In this document: positions 51,001 through 63,472 of the stretch, one piece after another
How positions within the stretch are numbered: position 1 is the first letter of the stretch
How the letters are laid out: each line of letters begins with the position of its first letter
Assembly (NCBI GenBank): GCA_951406725.2
Contig: OX597816.1
Span: 90,458,001 to 90,522,000 of the forward strand
Direction: 5' to 3'
Origin: Octopus vulgaris
Taxonomy: Eukaryota
DNA: 64,000 nt
Program-made: the position numbers and the translations under genes
Notes under the pieces: generated by a model
What the model saw: only the letters and a program-made list of their open reading frames with translations
The model's database searches: none
What the model was told of the DNA's origin: nothing

Positions 51001-54000
51001 ACACATGCTTAGCTATAGCACCCCAGCCAATGGATGGTGACAGTGATGATGATGACACAGCTAAACCAACAAGCTGCTAAAATCACATGATGATAGGTAC
51101 TGTTGTTTTTGACTGCAACATCTCATACAAACTTTGAATTATCTCACTTGGTATAAGCACCTCTTCTTTGTTGTTTGTGGTAATGACAATATATAGTTTG
51201 CTAATGATAAGAATAAATGTTTTTGCATTTAAAATCTCAAAGAAATTTGTGTTCTTTCCATTGACTTAACACAACCAAATCATCACACTGCTGATTACTG
51301 AAAATCAGAAATGTCTTATCACAGCATGTCTTAAATTCTCTGGATAGTGTTCAGTGTAATTGATGTACATCATATCTAAAATAGATATATAATATGTTCT
51401 TATAATTTTTCTGTTTGATTATCTATTGCAGCTTACTGTATGTAGCAAAATTAATGTAACACAGTTTTTGTCCTTTGGTTGCAACTGTTATTTCCTATTT
51501 GTTTACCCCTAGAAAGTATGAAAAATGGTTAATATTTCCTTCAAACTTTGCTTTTGTCATATTTATTTAATCCCCAAAGAATCCCTTTCAACATGGTTAT
51601 GATGCTCCCCAACTACTCCTGCTCAAGTGGTTAAGATCAAGCAACTGACAAGCAAATCTATGGTATTGAGCAGAATATTTGCTATAATGATATTTCTGCC
51701 TCAGCAACTCTGTACTGAATCTGTCTGAAATGTAATGGAAAACAGGTCAGTTTCAAAATGTTTATGTCCAGATCACAAAAGTCTCAAAGGAATAGTAATC
51801 ATTTCCGACTACAGTTGGTAGAATTCTTTATGGATATGGAAGCAGTTACTCACTATAAACTCTGGAAATTATAAAAGTTTTAAATATATACTAATTCACT
51901 TACATCTTTTGAAGTACATAAGTATTGGCTCAAGATGTTTTGTGCAGTTAACCGTTCAGCAGGATCTTTTTTTGTCATTTTCTTGATTAGTTCAGCCTTT
52001 GAAAGACAAATAACACATGGAATAAAAGTTAATTGCTATTAAAGTTTTCCTATTAAAGAGCTGAGATTTGAGGTAAAAAAGACTGATATAGAATATTTAG
52101 AATGGGATGTAGTACATTTTTGGCTACTTTGTCTTCAATCACATATTGTAGAGGAGAGAAAGAAATATTAAATATATCTCTAATTGTGGATGGAATGTGT
52201 AGAAGAGGTAGACCCAGGAAGATGTGGGACGAAGTGGTCAGAAAAGATCTTCAGAAGTTGGGCCTCACAGAGGGGATGACAAGGGACCAAGACTTCTGGC
52301 AGTTTGCTTGCATGGAAAGACATATCAAGCTGAGTAAAATTGGGGTTGTCCTTGCATATAGGCATGTCCCCAGCATCCCTCTTCAGCTAAGTGATACTAA
52401 TCTTGCAGGCTCATGGGTGCTGGTGTCATGTAAAAGCACCTGTGCTAGTGTTGCATAAAAGCACCCAGAACACTCTCTAAAATGGTTGGCATTAGGAAAG
52501 GTATCCAGCTGTGGAAACCATGCCAAAACACATGGCACCTGGGTAGCTCTTTACCTGGCTAGCTTCTGTCAAAACATCCAGCCCATGCCAGCATGAAAAA
52601 TGGACATTAAAGGATGATGATGATGTATTCATGTTTGGTGCACACAAAATAAATGTATGGTAGGTGTCAATTATTAATCAGGTTAGTGTAAAGCAATTAG
52701 TAATCTAGCTATGCAGATCTGGCAAAGATGGATTAATATCTCCATCATCTATATTAATAAAAGCGAAATTCTGTCTGTCTGTGCCCCTGTATCTGTCTAC
52801 ATTTGCTCTACATAGACATCACCATCATCATTCTACATTTTTATTAACTGCTTTTCATACTGGAATAATATGGAAATGTTGGTAAACAGTTTTACATTTG
52901 GTCATTTTGTTTAATCAATATCAATTTTCTATATTCTGAACACACTCTTTCCAAGTTAAGCAAACATTTTCAATATAACAGTATGATTGATTGATTGATT
53001 GAATGAGCATGCATGCATGCACCCAGGAGTTACAAGATATAAAAAAAACATAGCACACATCATTATCATTTAATGTCCACTTTCTTTGCTAGCAAGAGTT
53101 AGACATTCTGACTACAACTGGCAAGCCAGAGAGCTGGATCAGGATCCAGTCTGACTTTGGCTTGGTTTCTATGACTGGATACCCTTCCTAATGCCAATCA
53201 ACCTGATAGTGTAGTGGGTGCCTTATATGTGTCACCAACACAGGTGCTTTTACATGTCACCAGCATGGATGCTGTTATGGATCACTGGCACTGGCCACAG
53301 CTATAATTTCATTTGGCTTGATTAAACAGAATCCACAATAGATAACACATGCAGCTTTTTAAACAACAAATGACATAAAAAGTTAAAGAACAAACAAAAC
53401 ATTAGACCGGTGCTTAATAAACAATTTAATAAAAGGAACAAACCATTACTCACTAAACCTGTGTATTAATGCTTACAAAGATGGAATTTCCTTTCCTCAG
53501 TTTTTCCCTTTTCTTTTACTTTCCTGTTTTGCAAGTTATTTGGTGACTGCACTAGTGCCAGTAGCACAATAAAAAAAAAAAAAAAGCACCTGGGTCACAC
53601 TGTAAAGTGGTTGGTGTTAGGAAGGCCTCCAGCTGTAGAAACTATGCTAAAGTTGACATGGAGTATTGTGCAGCCCGATAGTTCAGCAGATCCTGTCAAA
53701 CCACCCAATTCATGCCAGCATGGAAAATGGATGTTATATGATGATGATGATGATGAAAAAGGACATTACACAAATGTTAATTAACCAATAAACCAGGTAA
53801 ACAACTAATGTAAAAAACAAAAAAACTAAAAAAAATCACAAGCCGTGATTTTACCAACTATCTAACATGCTGTTATTTACAATTCAATAGTACAAAGCAT
53901 TAATATTACCTGATCAGGGAAGTTCCGTATTACAAAGTCATCTATTTTAGAATTTTCTTTCAACACATGGAACAAATCTGAACGTTCAAACATAGTAGCG

Positions 54001-57000
54001 AAAGAGTAATATAGTTCGTATACGATTAGGCCAAGGCTGTATATATCTGACTGTAAAAGAACATGAGATTGTTATTTAAATATATCACAATTAGAAGAAC
54101 ATTTTAAAAATAAAATTATACATTTTCTATAATTCTATTGGTGATAGTAGTGATAACCATTGTGTTCTTTGGTCTAGATAATGTGTTTTCTTGGTTTTGG
54201 TTACCTTGTGTATGTCTATTAGAAGCTTGATTAAAATCTGTGAGAAGTACAAGAAAACTGACAACTCCAAGTTACCAAGCCTATGATTACAGGCATTCTA
54301 CGACCATCCCATTTTTATTTTGTGACATCGTGTGTTTAGAACTAAATTATGCAATGTATTCTATCTTCTGTAAGATGGTAGGTGTAATTTAGCTTTTAAA
54401 TTTAGCCACCCAACTGGCCACAGAGTGTTTCCCTTCTTTATTTGTAAATTAAATATTATAAGAGTAACATTTGTAAAATAGGGTTGTGTGATTATGTTTG
54501 TGTCACCTTGTCTTGACATTACACGATAGTTGTAAATGATTGTCACTGTCATACAAGCAGGGTGATTCATTTCCAATATACCGTGAGAACATGTCTGGCC
54601 ATAGGGAAATATCACCTTGCATGGAAATAGGAGAGGGTCACTGACAGGAATTTGGCCATAAAAAAATCTGCCTCAATAAATTCCATCCAAACTGTGGATG
54701 TTAGAATGATTTTAAACATGCATTTTATTCTTATGTAAAACTGTATTATTTTTTGGCAAAAGTCAGTCGATCAAATCATTATATTTACTCTATTTATGAA
54801 AAAAAAACTAACCAAGATAGCTTTATTAATGTGTTTACCTTTGTGTCATAATTTGAAGAGTTTAGCTGTTCAGGTGCTGAGTAAGTTGATGTACCAACCC
54901 CCACAGAAAGGGAAGCAAAATTTTCTAAAACAGATGGAAAGGAACACACAAGATATTAACTTCACACTTATGGCTTTCAGAAAGTAGTCTGAACTGGGAG
55001 ACTGCAGTTTAATGAGTGAAATAAATAAAAGATATAAGCTATACAGTAACTCATCATTGACTATTTATCAAAAATATTCTGCAGTTTTGCTCAAGTAGGC
55101 AAATTGTAAAGGAGAAACATGTTATTTTAGAAAGCAAGATATTTATCATAGTTAATTTAATACATATATATATATATTTTCTGTTTAATAATTATTTTCT
55201 TATGGCAGTTTTCTTTGTTGGAGTAGTTGTTTTCCTTAATTTAAGACTTTTCATATTTCTAACCATTCAACCATGAAGCAGTAAGTACAACTTATGTTAG
55301 TAAATAGTTCAGAGATGGAAAGTTTTCTGGTAATGCAATATATAGCAGTGTACAAGAGGCTACTGAAAAGTTCCTGGCTTTAAGGGTATTGTGGAAGGCC
55401 TGGTTAGAGGCCCAACCTTCTGAGTTCTTTTACAGAGCTTAGAAAAACTGAAGGACCACCGCAATAAGTGTGTGAATCTGAGAGGGGAATATGTTGAATA
55501 AAATCATAATTAACTGATCCTCTTGTATTTTCTTTTACTCCAAAGCCAGGAACTTTTTAGCACCTTCTTGTATTTCTGTATCTTGTGAAAAGTATTGAGA
55601 GAAGGAGAGAAAGTTGAAAAGAGAGAAAGAGAATTTGAAGAGTTAGCAGAATGTAAGGAAGTATGATGATGGATGGGACACTACTGTTGTTAGCAACTGA
55701 AGAACTGAGAAGAGTGATCCAAAGAAGTAATGATATCCAGTGGGAAGTGGGAGAAAAGTAAAATATTACATTTGAATTAAGTAGAATAAGAATTTGAATA
55801 TATATAGTTTTACCAGCAAATAGTGGCAGAAGAATTCAGTAAAATTTGAAGAAATTATTTTGATAAAAGATCAGAGTGTATGGATTTAATTGAGAAGAGT
55901 TGAGAGCCTGCTGGCTGTATTGTGTGATTTAAGGTCTGTTCTGATCAAGCATATCTATGATGGTAGGGTGAATGTTGAGCAAGATTTGGTTGCTATTTCT
56001 AGAAGGCTGATTGACCGTATAAAAGCTCCCTCATTAATTCATGCTAGCTAAGTGTTTCATAACAGCATCATTTGCTCTCTTGTCAATGTCACAGTTACTG
56101 TAATAATTACTTGAAAGTATTAACAATTACAAAAACAGATATACAATCTATACAATGGTGAAACATGTAGCTTTTAAGGCAGGATACTTTTCTTACAATA
56201 CAATCACTATAGTGAATATGTGAACTTTTGGCAGGATTCTGGCTTAAGTATCCCATAACTTTTTTATTTTTTGGAATCCTCAGAAAATGGTTGAGAATTT
56301 ATGCTCTACACATGGGAATTAATATGATTATGAAAACAAAAATAAAAAAAAAATTTTTGACCCTCACCTCTTACATCCTAAAATTGAACTCTTTTTCAAT
56401 TGTTTTTTTAAAATCAGAGTTTAAAATACAGATAGTCTGAATTTTTTGCTTAAAGCCCACCAGTAGAACACCCTCAGGTGTATCACTGTTACATAAAATG
56501 TGTTTATGAAGAGAAAAATAATGAAAAGCATCAATATACATCAGAGTGACAAAGAAATGAGGATGGTATCAGATGACCATAGGATGTGCTAAAAACAACA
56601 GGTAAATGACCCTATAATCACACACAAAAATCAAAAAATTTTTTTTTTCATAGTTGTCTAAATTCCCATGTGTAGAAAACAAATTCACAAAAATGCTCTA
56701 AAAATTCCAAAAAATAAAGTTATGAGGTGTTATATGGGTTGTTTAAACCAGAATTCTGACAAACTATCATCATATAGTGTCCCAATATTTTTATAGCTAG
56801 TGTGGTTCTTTACATTTATCTCTATAACACAACAAAAAAATGTCCCAATATTTAATTTAGCCTTGTTTTCTTTGAAAAACTACAAGAATCAACTCAAAGA
56901 AATATATATGCATGTCACAAAATGAAATATTACTAATAAACTATGCCAGCATTGAAGACAGAGATGTTTAAAGATAATGATGATGATGAAACAGCAATTA

Positions 57001-60000
57001 ACACAATTAATTATATCTGATTTTTCCTTATCCATATAAAGGAAAAAAGTACAACTTTGTATCTAATTTAATAGAATAATAATTATTAAGAAGAAAAGGC
57101 TTTACCTTCGGATACATCGGAATCACTTGAGTAACTTCTTTTAGCCAAGCCAAAATCTCCTATCTTTACTGAGAAGTTCTCTTGTAAGAAAATATTAGCA
57201 GGCTGTAAATAGAAATAGTAGTATAAATATATTTTAGTGAATAATAAAGCCTGAAAATGAAAAACTGGGTGCTCCTATTTTGTTTGATACATGATTCAGA
57301 TTTAAGGTTCACATAAACTGTTTGCCTACTTAAAAAGATTTAATTGGCAGAGACAACACTAATGACTTCTTAATATAGTAGGTCAGTGTATTAAGAAGTA
57401 TATTTTTAATGACAAGAGAAGGCATGGTGGTGTGGTTAAGAAGTCCACTTCTCAACTACATGCTTTTGGGTTGTCTTGCTGAGTGGCACTTTGGACAAGT
57501 GTCTTCTACTATGGCTGTGAGTTGACCAGAGCCCTGTAAGTGGATTTGGAAGATAGATGTTGAAAGTAGCTGTGTGTGTGCGTGTGTGTGTTTGCAATAA
57601 CTGTAAACAAGCATCGCCACCATACAAGTGGTGTTCTGTGAAAAACATGACTGCTCATGGAGTAATATTACTTTGTTTGGAATCAGGCGAGGATTGGCCT
57701 CAGCGAATTCTGTCTGACCAAAGCAAACATGAAAAAGTTGATGTTAAAAGAATGGTGATGATGACAATAATGATGGAACTGTCTTCTTTACCTGTGAGCA
57801 ACAGGTCTTTGGATATTTACTAAATATTGGTTTCAAATTTTGGCACAAGACTAGCAATTTTAGAGAAGGGATAAATCGATTCATCGATCCCAATGCTCAA
57901 CTGGTACTTAATTTATTGACCCCCAAACGGATGAAAGGCAAAAATCAACCTTGGTGGGATTTGACAGCAGAATGTAAAGCTAGACAAAATGCTGCTAAGC
58001 ATTTAGCCCAGTGGGCTATTGATTCTGCCAGCTTGCTGCCTTATATTTACTAAATGTTACACCTGGTAAACAATAGCATTGTTGATTATAGATTTTGAAA
58101 TGGTGAATCAGTGGTTCACTGCTGTACAAAACAAATATTCTGACAGTACAAAACAAATATTGCAATGGATTTCACTGGAAGAGTAAGTAAACACTCATAA
58201 CATCAGTAATGTTAATGACATGAAGAATACTTATTATTTGTCCTTTCTCCTACAGGCATAGGGGGGAGGGTGAAATTTTGGGGGATGGGGATAGTTGATT
58301 ACATCGACTCCAGTGCTCCAAAAGGATGAAAGGCAAAGTTGACCTTGGTAGAATTTGAACTCAAAACATGAAGACAGACAAAATGTTGCTTAGTATTTTG
58401 TCTGGTATGCTAACATTTCAGCTAGCTCGCTGTCTTATAATAATGTCTATTATCTATAAGGGTTCATCTTTTTGTGGAAGAGGTAGCAAGTGTTGAAGAA
58501 CGAATATCCTTGAGCAAGACACTTATTTCACTGCTCCAGTCCACTCAGCTGGCAAAAATGAGTTGTACCTGAGTTTCAAAGGGCTGGCCATGTCACACTC
58601 TGTGTCACGCCGAATCTCCCCGAGAACTACGTTTGAGGTACACATGTACATTCCACAATGGAAACATTTCACTTTCTTAAATGGGCAGTTTTTTTTCTAA
58701 GGTGTAGACCTTCACATGCAAAATGGTAAAATGAATAAAAAACAAAAATAATAATGAGTGTAAATCTACCAACTGGCACAAACAATGACACAACTTCACT
58801 TATTCTTCACAGGCACATATATTGTCAAACATATATTACACACATACGAAATTAATATCTGTGTATATGTGAAGGCACGTGGCTTAGTGGTTAGGGCATT
58901 CGGCTCATGGTTGTAAGGTCATGAGTTCAATTCCTGGCGATGCGTTGTATCCTTGAGCAAGACACTTATTTCACTGCTCCAGTCCACTCAGCTGGAAAAA
59001 ATGAGTTGTACCTGAGTTTCAAAGGGCTGGTCATGTCACACTCTGTGTCACGCCGAATCTCCCTGAGAACTACGTTTGAAGTACACATGTACATTTCACA
59101 ATGGAAACATTCCACTTTCTTAAATGGGCAGTTTTTTTCTAAGGTGTAGACCTTCAAATGCAAAATATGACTTTAGTCCTGTTTGTACTGTTTGCAGTTA
59201 GTCCTGAGTAAATATCAAGCACTTGAACATGTCTGGCATTAACTCATCCAGTTTGAACTTTTCACATTTTCTGTTAACTCTACCAGCATATGTGATTTAG
59301 TCCTCCTTGTTGTTCTTTTTCTAGGATCAAACTTGATTTCTATTCTGCCCGTTTTGCACTTGTTTCACTTGGCAGCAATCTTTATGTTCAATTTTCTCTG
59401 TGTCATGCCTTAAATTTACAATTCTTTTATACTCTTCTGACACTTGTTGTAAGGATACAGCTTGGTTTTGTTCCAGCTTACTTCTGCGTCTTTTTCTGCA
59501 GTTAGTCCTGAGTAAATATCAAGCACTTGAACATGTCTGGCATTAACTCATCCAGTTTGAACTTTTCACATTCTCTGTTAACTCTAAAGCATATGTGATT
59601 TAGTCCTCCTTGTTCTTTTTCTAGGATCAAACATTTCCAGCATGTATTGAACAACAAGCTTTTCTTGCTAAAAATTTTAGTATGTCTATTGTATTTCTAA
59701 AGTTTATGTCAGAAGGTTTTTTTCAGGAGTATGTATTTGCTGTAACGCTCATGTTCTCCTCCTGCCAGTTCTCTTAAGATTAGATGCATTTTCATATCAT
59801 TGTCCCAATCTTTTGCACTCTTTATTGAAGATCTGTTCATATCTTCTATAGTATGCTTCAAAAGTAACTCCGTTTGGTTCATGCTTGAATTCCATTATTG
59901 AGTTTGCAACATAATGTGGTGGGAACATCTTTGCAGCATTTTTGGATGACTTACTGTTCATTAATTGCAGCTTTTGTTACTGTAATAATAATTGTTGTTG

Positions 60001-62170
60001 ACGTTCTTGCAGTAGTTATTGTTGTTGCTGTTTTTGCAACTCAAGCAAACCAGTTAACAATTCTTCCATAATTTTACAATTTTGTATATTGTAAAATTCA
60101 CACAAAAAACTTTTGTAAGTTTCATAACTCCTTGTGGGTTTGTTTAATCCTCGTCAGTTTGTTAATTTCTCATCACCACTGTTGTAATCCAACAGCGGAC
60201 TGTTATAACATCCACTCTGGTACAGCAGTATAGTTAGACAAGACATGACTATCTATGACCAACTTCGCTGACTTCTTGACTTGACTTCCTACGTCACAGT
60301 ATTTGTAATGACTATCACATGCCACTCATCATGTGGGAGAGGTATTCCATTATTATTAGTATTATTATCCCCATAACACAAACTTTGTACAAGAGCTGTT
60401 CTAACATTACTGTCAAAAGTTATAGCATCTTAACTTAGATTCTTGCATCATTATTGCATCTTTATCTAAAATTATGAAATATTATCATTAGAAAATGGAT
60501 AACTGATAATGATGATGATGTTTTCATGTAATAATATTTTATGTATCATGGATCTCCATGGATTATTAATATCTGAATTTATTTCATTTACATAAATTAA
60601 AAGACAAAAAGCATATTTTACCTTTATGTCCCTGTGAATAATTCCTCTGGAATGTATGAATTCTAAACCTTCCACAGTTTCTTGGAGAATTTTCAGATTA
60701 TTTACGGCATCAATACCTGAGAAAAGAAAAGAAGCCATTGCTGTCAAATAATATTTTGGTGAATGATGCAGAATCTAAAATATTAAGAAAAAAATTTTAG
60801 TGATTTTATAACTAGGATATTCTCTAACTCAGTGAATTGTACTTTAAAATACTTGATTGAGAGTAAAGATTATGTCATTTCCAATTTGAAATTTTCAAAG
60901 AAATGCTGCTACAGTTGTTATGATTCAAAGCAGATATTTCATTCTCTGGAATATTAGATTTGTCTAGGAGGTATGGAAGCTTTATCTTGGGTGTCAAATT
61001 AACACATTTCTATATTAACTAACGCTCATCTTTTTAATTTTGTTGGATCAAGCATGTTTAGTACTTGACTAATTATAATTTTGAAATCAGATTCTGAATG
61101 TTTTGCATTTCTTTATCAATGGCAACCAAATAAGCAATTTGAAATTAAATTTTCAATTTAAATAAAATTTATCGTTATTCATGGTCCCAGGAAAAATTGA
61201 TGTTCTCATAATTACCAATTTAATATTGTTTGCTTTATTTTTCTAATTATATTTTGTATGTAAGATGAGCAGGTAAAAATCATTAAATACATAATGGAGA
61301 TGAAAAAGTAAAAAGAAAAAAAAAAATCAATATTCTGTGTTGCCAACAGCACATCATCACCAGAAATGGAATCATTTAACATGGCAAAACTTAAGAAAGA
61401 CCGAATAATAGCTTTCTTTTTTATACAAGTGATGGTGAATAGGCATTCTTGGATTGTGTATAGATTAATAATTCAAAGATGGTGCTGCAGTATACCAATG
61501 GTACTATGATGCAGTTATGAAAATGTTTAGAATACTTGCTTTTGAACCTGGGTCAGTCAATTGACAATCTAAAGGAATAGGCACCAGAAATGCCAGTGCC
61601 GCTTGACTGGCGTCTGTGACGGTGACATGTAAAAGCACCAACCAATCATGGCCGTTTGCAAGCCTCCTCTGGCCCCTGTGCCACTGGCATGTAAAAAGGA
61701 CCCACTACACTTACAGAGTGGTTGGCGTTAGGAAGGGCATCCTGGCTTCCCAGACCCCGGTCGAACTGTCCAACCCATGCTAGCATGGAAAACGGACGTT
61801 AAACGATGATGATGATGTATCAATGGTACACTTAGTTTCATGGGTACACAACTAATCTTATTGACAGAAACACAACATGGGCTTAAACAGTCAAGTAATA
61901 ACACTGTTATGGATTGGGGCTCATATCTAACCTTCTGAACAGGATACAAATAAATAATCTTTTGTACACATAATATAACAACTAGCACAAACTTGTATTT
62001 CAATGAGTAAAAATAGTAAGTAATCCATTTAACAGTTACTTAGATAATCCATGAGTAAACTTACGCTCAATTAGCGGTTTATCATCTTCTCTGTTTCTGG
62101 AGTTCAGCCAGTCTTCTAATGTTTGTTCACAAAGTTCCATTTGTATATACAGAGTTTTACAGGATTTATA
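47986..62170 (-). CDS. EIF2AK1: eIF2-alpha kinase, HRI/EIF2AK1 type (C-terminal part; 5' exons lie beyond the right edge)
   Basis: Phase-consistent join of 62065-62170, 60622-60716, 57106-57202, 54839-54924, 53910-54050, 51904-51996, 48943-49027 and (47986-48008). It gives LYIQMELC, IIHRDIKPANIFL, VKIGDFGLA, VGVGTSTYSAPEQ, KSDIYSLG, DPAERLTA and a C-terminal coiled coil IIREQKKEIACLKNKL like human HRI IIEQEKEIAELKKQL. Confidence 0.85.
48385..48870 (-). repeat. RTE-associated 3' repeat family with an internal ~37-bp tandem array (x5); related copies at 3600-4120, 13825-14040, 19725-20210, 41960-42230, 52400-52625, 53060-53320, 53530-53755, 61590-61815
   Basis: Shared tccatgctggcatgggttgga...ctggatgcccttcctaa.gccaaccact motif with a (CAT)n tail. 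The unit gcctctgtgaggcccaacactcaaaaggaactc is repeated. Confidence 0.75.
48943..49027 (-). CDS. EIF2AK1: HRI-like kinase exon (C-terminal coiled coil)
   Basis: DIIREQKKEIACLKNKLKELELKLHSYE, with gttgttag and gtaaga boundaries. Confidence 0.82.
49117..49990 (-). mobile_element. Internally deleted mariner element
   Basis: WILHNNAPCH...HYSPDLAPAVFYLF.EMKRQLRG motif. TIR-like ends tacgagatgatatcaaga and ttttgataccaacttcata. Confidence 0.8.
49601..51137. repeat. Head-to-tail ~780-bp tandem duplication
   Basis: 49601-50383 versus 50380-51137, with junction microhomology ttga. Copy 2 lacks 27 nt between aaacaca microhomologies. Confidence 0.95.
51904..51996 (-). CDS. EIF2AK1: HRI-like kinase exon (XI)
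   Basis: AELIKKMTKKDPAERLTAQNILSQYLCTSKD, with ctttcaaag and gtaagt boundaries. Confidence 0.88.
53910..54050 (-). CDS. EIF2AK1: HRI-like kinase exon (IX-X)
   Basis: SDIYSLGLIVYELYYSFATMFERSDLFHVLKENSKIDDFVIRNFPDQ, with ttttacag and gtaata boundaries. Confidence 0.92.
54839..54924 (-). CDS. EIF2AK1: HRI-like kinase exon (activation loop, VIII)
   Basis: (E)NFASLSVGVGTSTYSAPEQLNSSNYDTK, with gttttag and gtaaac boundaries; phase 1 to 0. Confidence 0.9.
55353..55570 (+). mobile_element. Mariner-derived MITE
   Basis: TIRs caagaggctactgaaaagttcctggcttt / aaagccaggaactttttagcaccttcttg with TA TSDs. It retains an internal transposase C-terminus LEKLKDHRNKCVNLRGEYVE*. Confidence 0.85.
57106..57202 (-). 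CDS. EIF2AK1: HRI-like kinase exon (VIb-VII)
   Basis: PANIFLQENFSVKIGDFGLAKRSYSSDSDVSE, with atttacag and gtaaag boundaries. Confidence 0.92.
58506..59165 (+). repeat. tRNA-derived SINE (head 58873-58940) whose ~215-bp body is duplicated upstream at 58506-58723
   Basis: A box tggcttagtgg, B box gagttcaattc, and two near-identical tatccttgagcaagacactt...tgcaaaat blocks. Confidence 0.8.
59170..60378 (-). mobile_element. Degenerate Gypsy LTR retrotransposon 5' part (LTR, PBS, gag remnant)
   Basis: Candidate LTR 60378->60180 (TGTT...AACA), PBS-like TGGTGATGAG, and gag remnant EFKHEPNGVTFEAYYRRYEQIFNKECK..WD...LIL.EL...EHERYSKYIL...SLLFNTCWKCL. There is an internal ~138-bp duplication (59193-59332 / 59497-59632). 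Confidence 0.65.
60622..60716 (-). CDS. EIF2AK1: HRI-like kinase exon (subdomain VIa-VIb)
   Basis: (R)IDAVNNLKILQETVEGLEFIHSRGIIHRDIK, with tttctcag and gtaaaa boundaries. Confidence 0.92.
62065..62170 (-). CDS. EIF2AK1: HRI-like kinase exon (subdomain V)
   Basis: YKSCKTLYIQMELCEQTLEDWLNSRNREDDKPLIE. NAGNAG acceptor tttttagcag; donor gtaagt. Confidence 0.9.
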
Positions 62171-62499
62171 CTGCTAAAAAAAAAAGGAAAAAAAAATTTA
62201 ATAAAACACTTTCAAGACGGACATAAGATTATGTATTGTAAAAAGCAAAACTAAAACCATAAAATAAAGTTTGGTTTTAAAATTTTTAAACAAACCCACA
62301 TATACCTGACAGAAAAATTAGAAAATTTTTTTACAGAAATACTTTTTTCTATTTAATTGATTAAAGCGCAAAAATTGAAGACAAATTGAGAAGTTTTATA
62401 TTTTCTTTAGTCATGAAGATTTTTGAGAAAGACACTTTAAATTACAGTTCAAAATGAGGCTGTTCCTCTATATTTGCAATAATCTTCAGCACAAAATGA

Positions 62500-63433
62500 A
62501 AAAATCTGGAGAAATAAGACTTGGGCTCACTAAACCCAATGGAGACCTGTGCCCCATTGCTGTTGGCTGCACCTTTCGCCGTCTCACTGCAAAGGTGTGC
62601 TTACAATCAGTCTAGATTATTGGAGGAGGAATTTTCTCCCACCCAGCTAGGAGTGGGCACCAAATTAGGATGTAAAGCTGCTGCCCATGCTACCACAGAC
62701 CATGCCAACTTTCCCTCCTTGTCACTTAAGGTCATCCTCAAACTTGACCTTAAGAATGCCTTCAACCCCATCGGCCATGATGCTGTCCCCAACTCTACCA
62801 CCTTGCATGGCAGGCTTATTGGGAGCCCTCCTATCTCTCTTTTAGTGACCACATCATCACCTCCACCTCAGGAGTCCAACAGGGCAACCCACTTGGGCCC
62901 TCTGTGTTTGCACTGGGCATTGATGTCATCAAAATGGGTGTCGAGCTAGACCTCAATGTCTGGTATCTTGATGATTGTTTGATGTGATGGGAAGAGACCT
63001 GATGGTCTCACCCTGTGCCACTGGTTGTAAGGCAGATGCCTTGTCTGGGATATCACAGTTAGCGACTCCTTTGCTTCTTCTCACATCCTGGATGCTGTGG
63101 TCAGGGCAAGATCCACAGCTTCTGCAGCAGAGCGGAACAAAATCCTGACATACTACGATCTGTTGGCCAACTACATTTTCCATTCTGTGGCATTCAAGAC
63201 GTTTGGTGGGGTTGGACCACTAACTGTGAGATTCCTGTCTTCACTGGCAACTCACCTTGCAGAGGTAACTGGTGAGGCTTGTGTAGGCGCTTGGCCGTTC
63301 CAGTGCATCAGCCTTGCCATCACCTGTGGCAACACTGCAAGCATGCTGGCATGTCTCAATAGCCATTAGAAAGGTTTTGTTCGCAGCACCCCCAACTTTT
63401 CAACCCAAGGTGGTGAATTGTTTTGGTTTATTC

Positions 63434-63440
<7 letters not shown>
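62500..63440 (+). mobile_element. Internally deleted CRE-clade (RLE-type) non-LTR retrotransposon
   Basis: Across frames: GDLCPIAVGCTFRRLTAKV, PTQLGVGTKLGC.AAAHA, LKLDLKNAFN, GVQQGNPLGP, VWYLDD, GKRPDGLTL..W..GRCLVWDITV.D, VAFKTFGG.GP and FQ.ISLAI..GN.AS. Confidence 0.85.

Positions 63441-63465
<25 letters not shown>

Positions 63466-63472
<7 letters not shown>

Noticed and set aside
60472-60747. 91-aa ORF as a standalone kinase fragment or pseudogene
   Set aside because: Only 60622-60716 is exonic; the rest is intron read-through of the spliced kinase gene.
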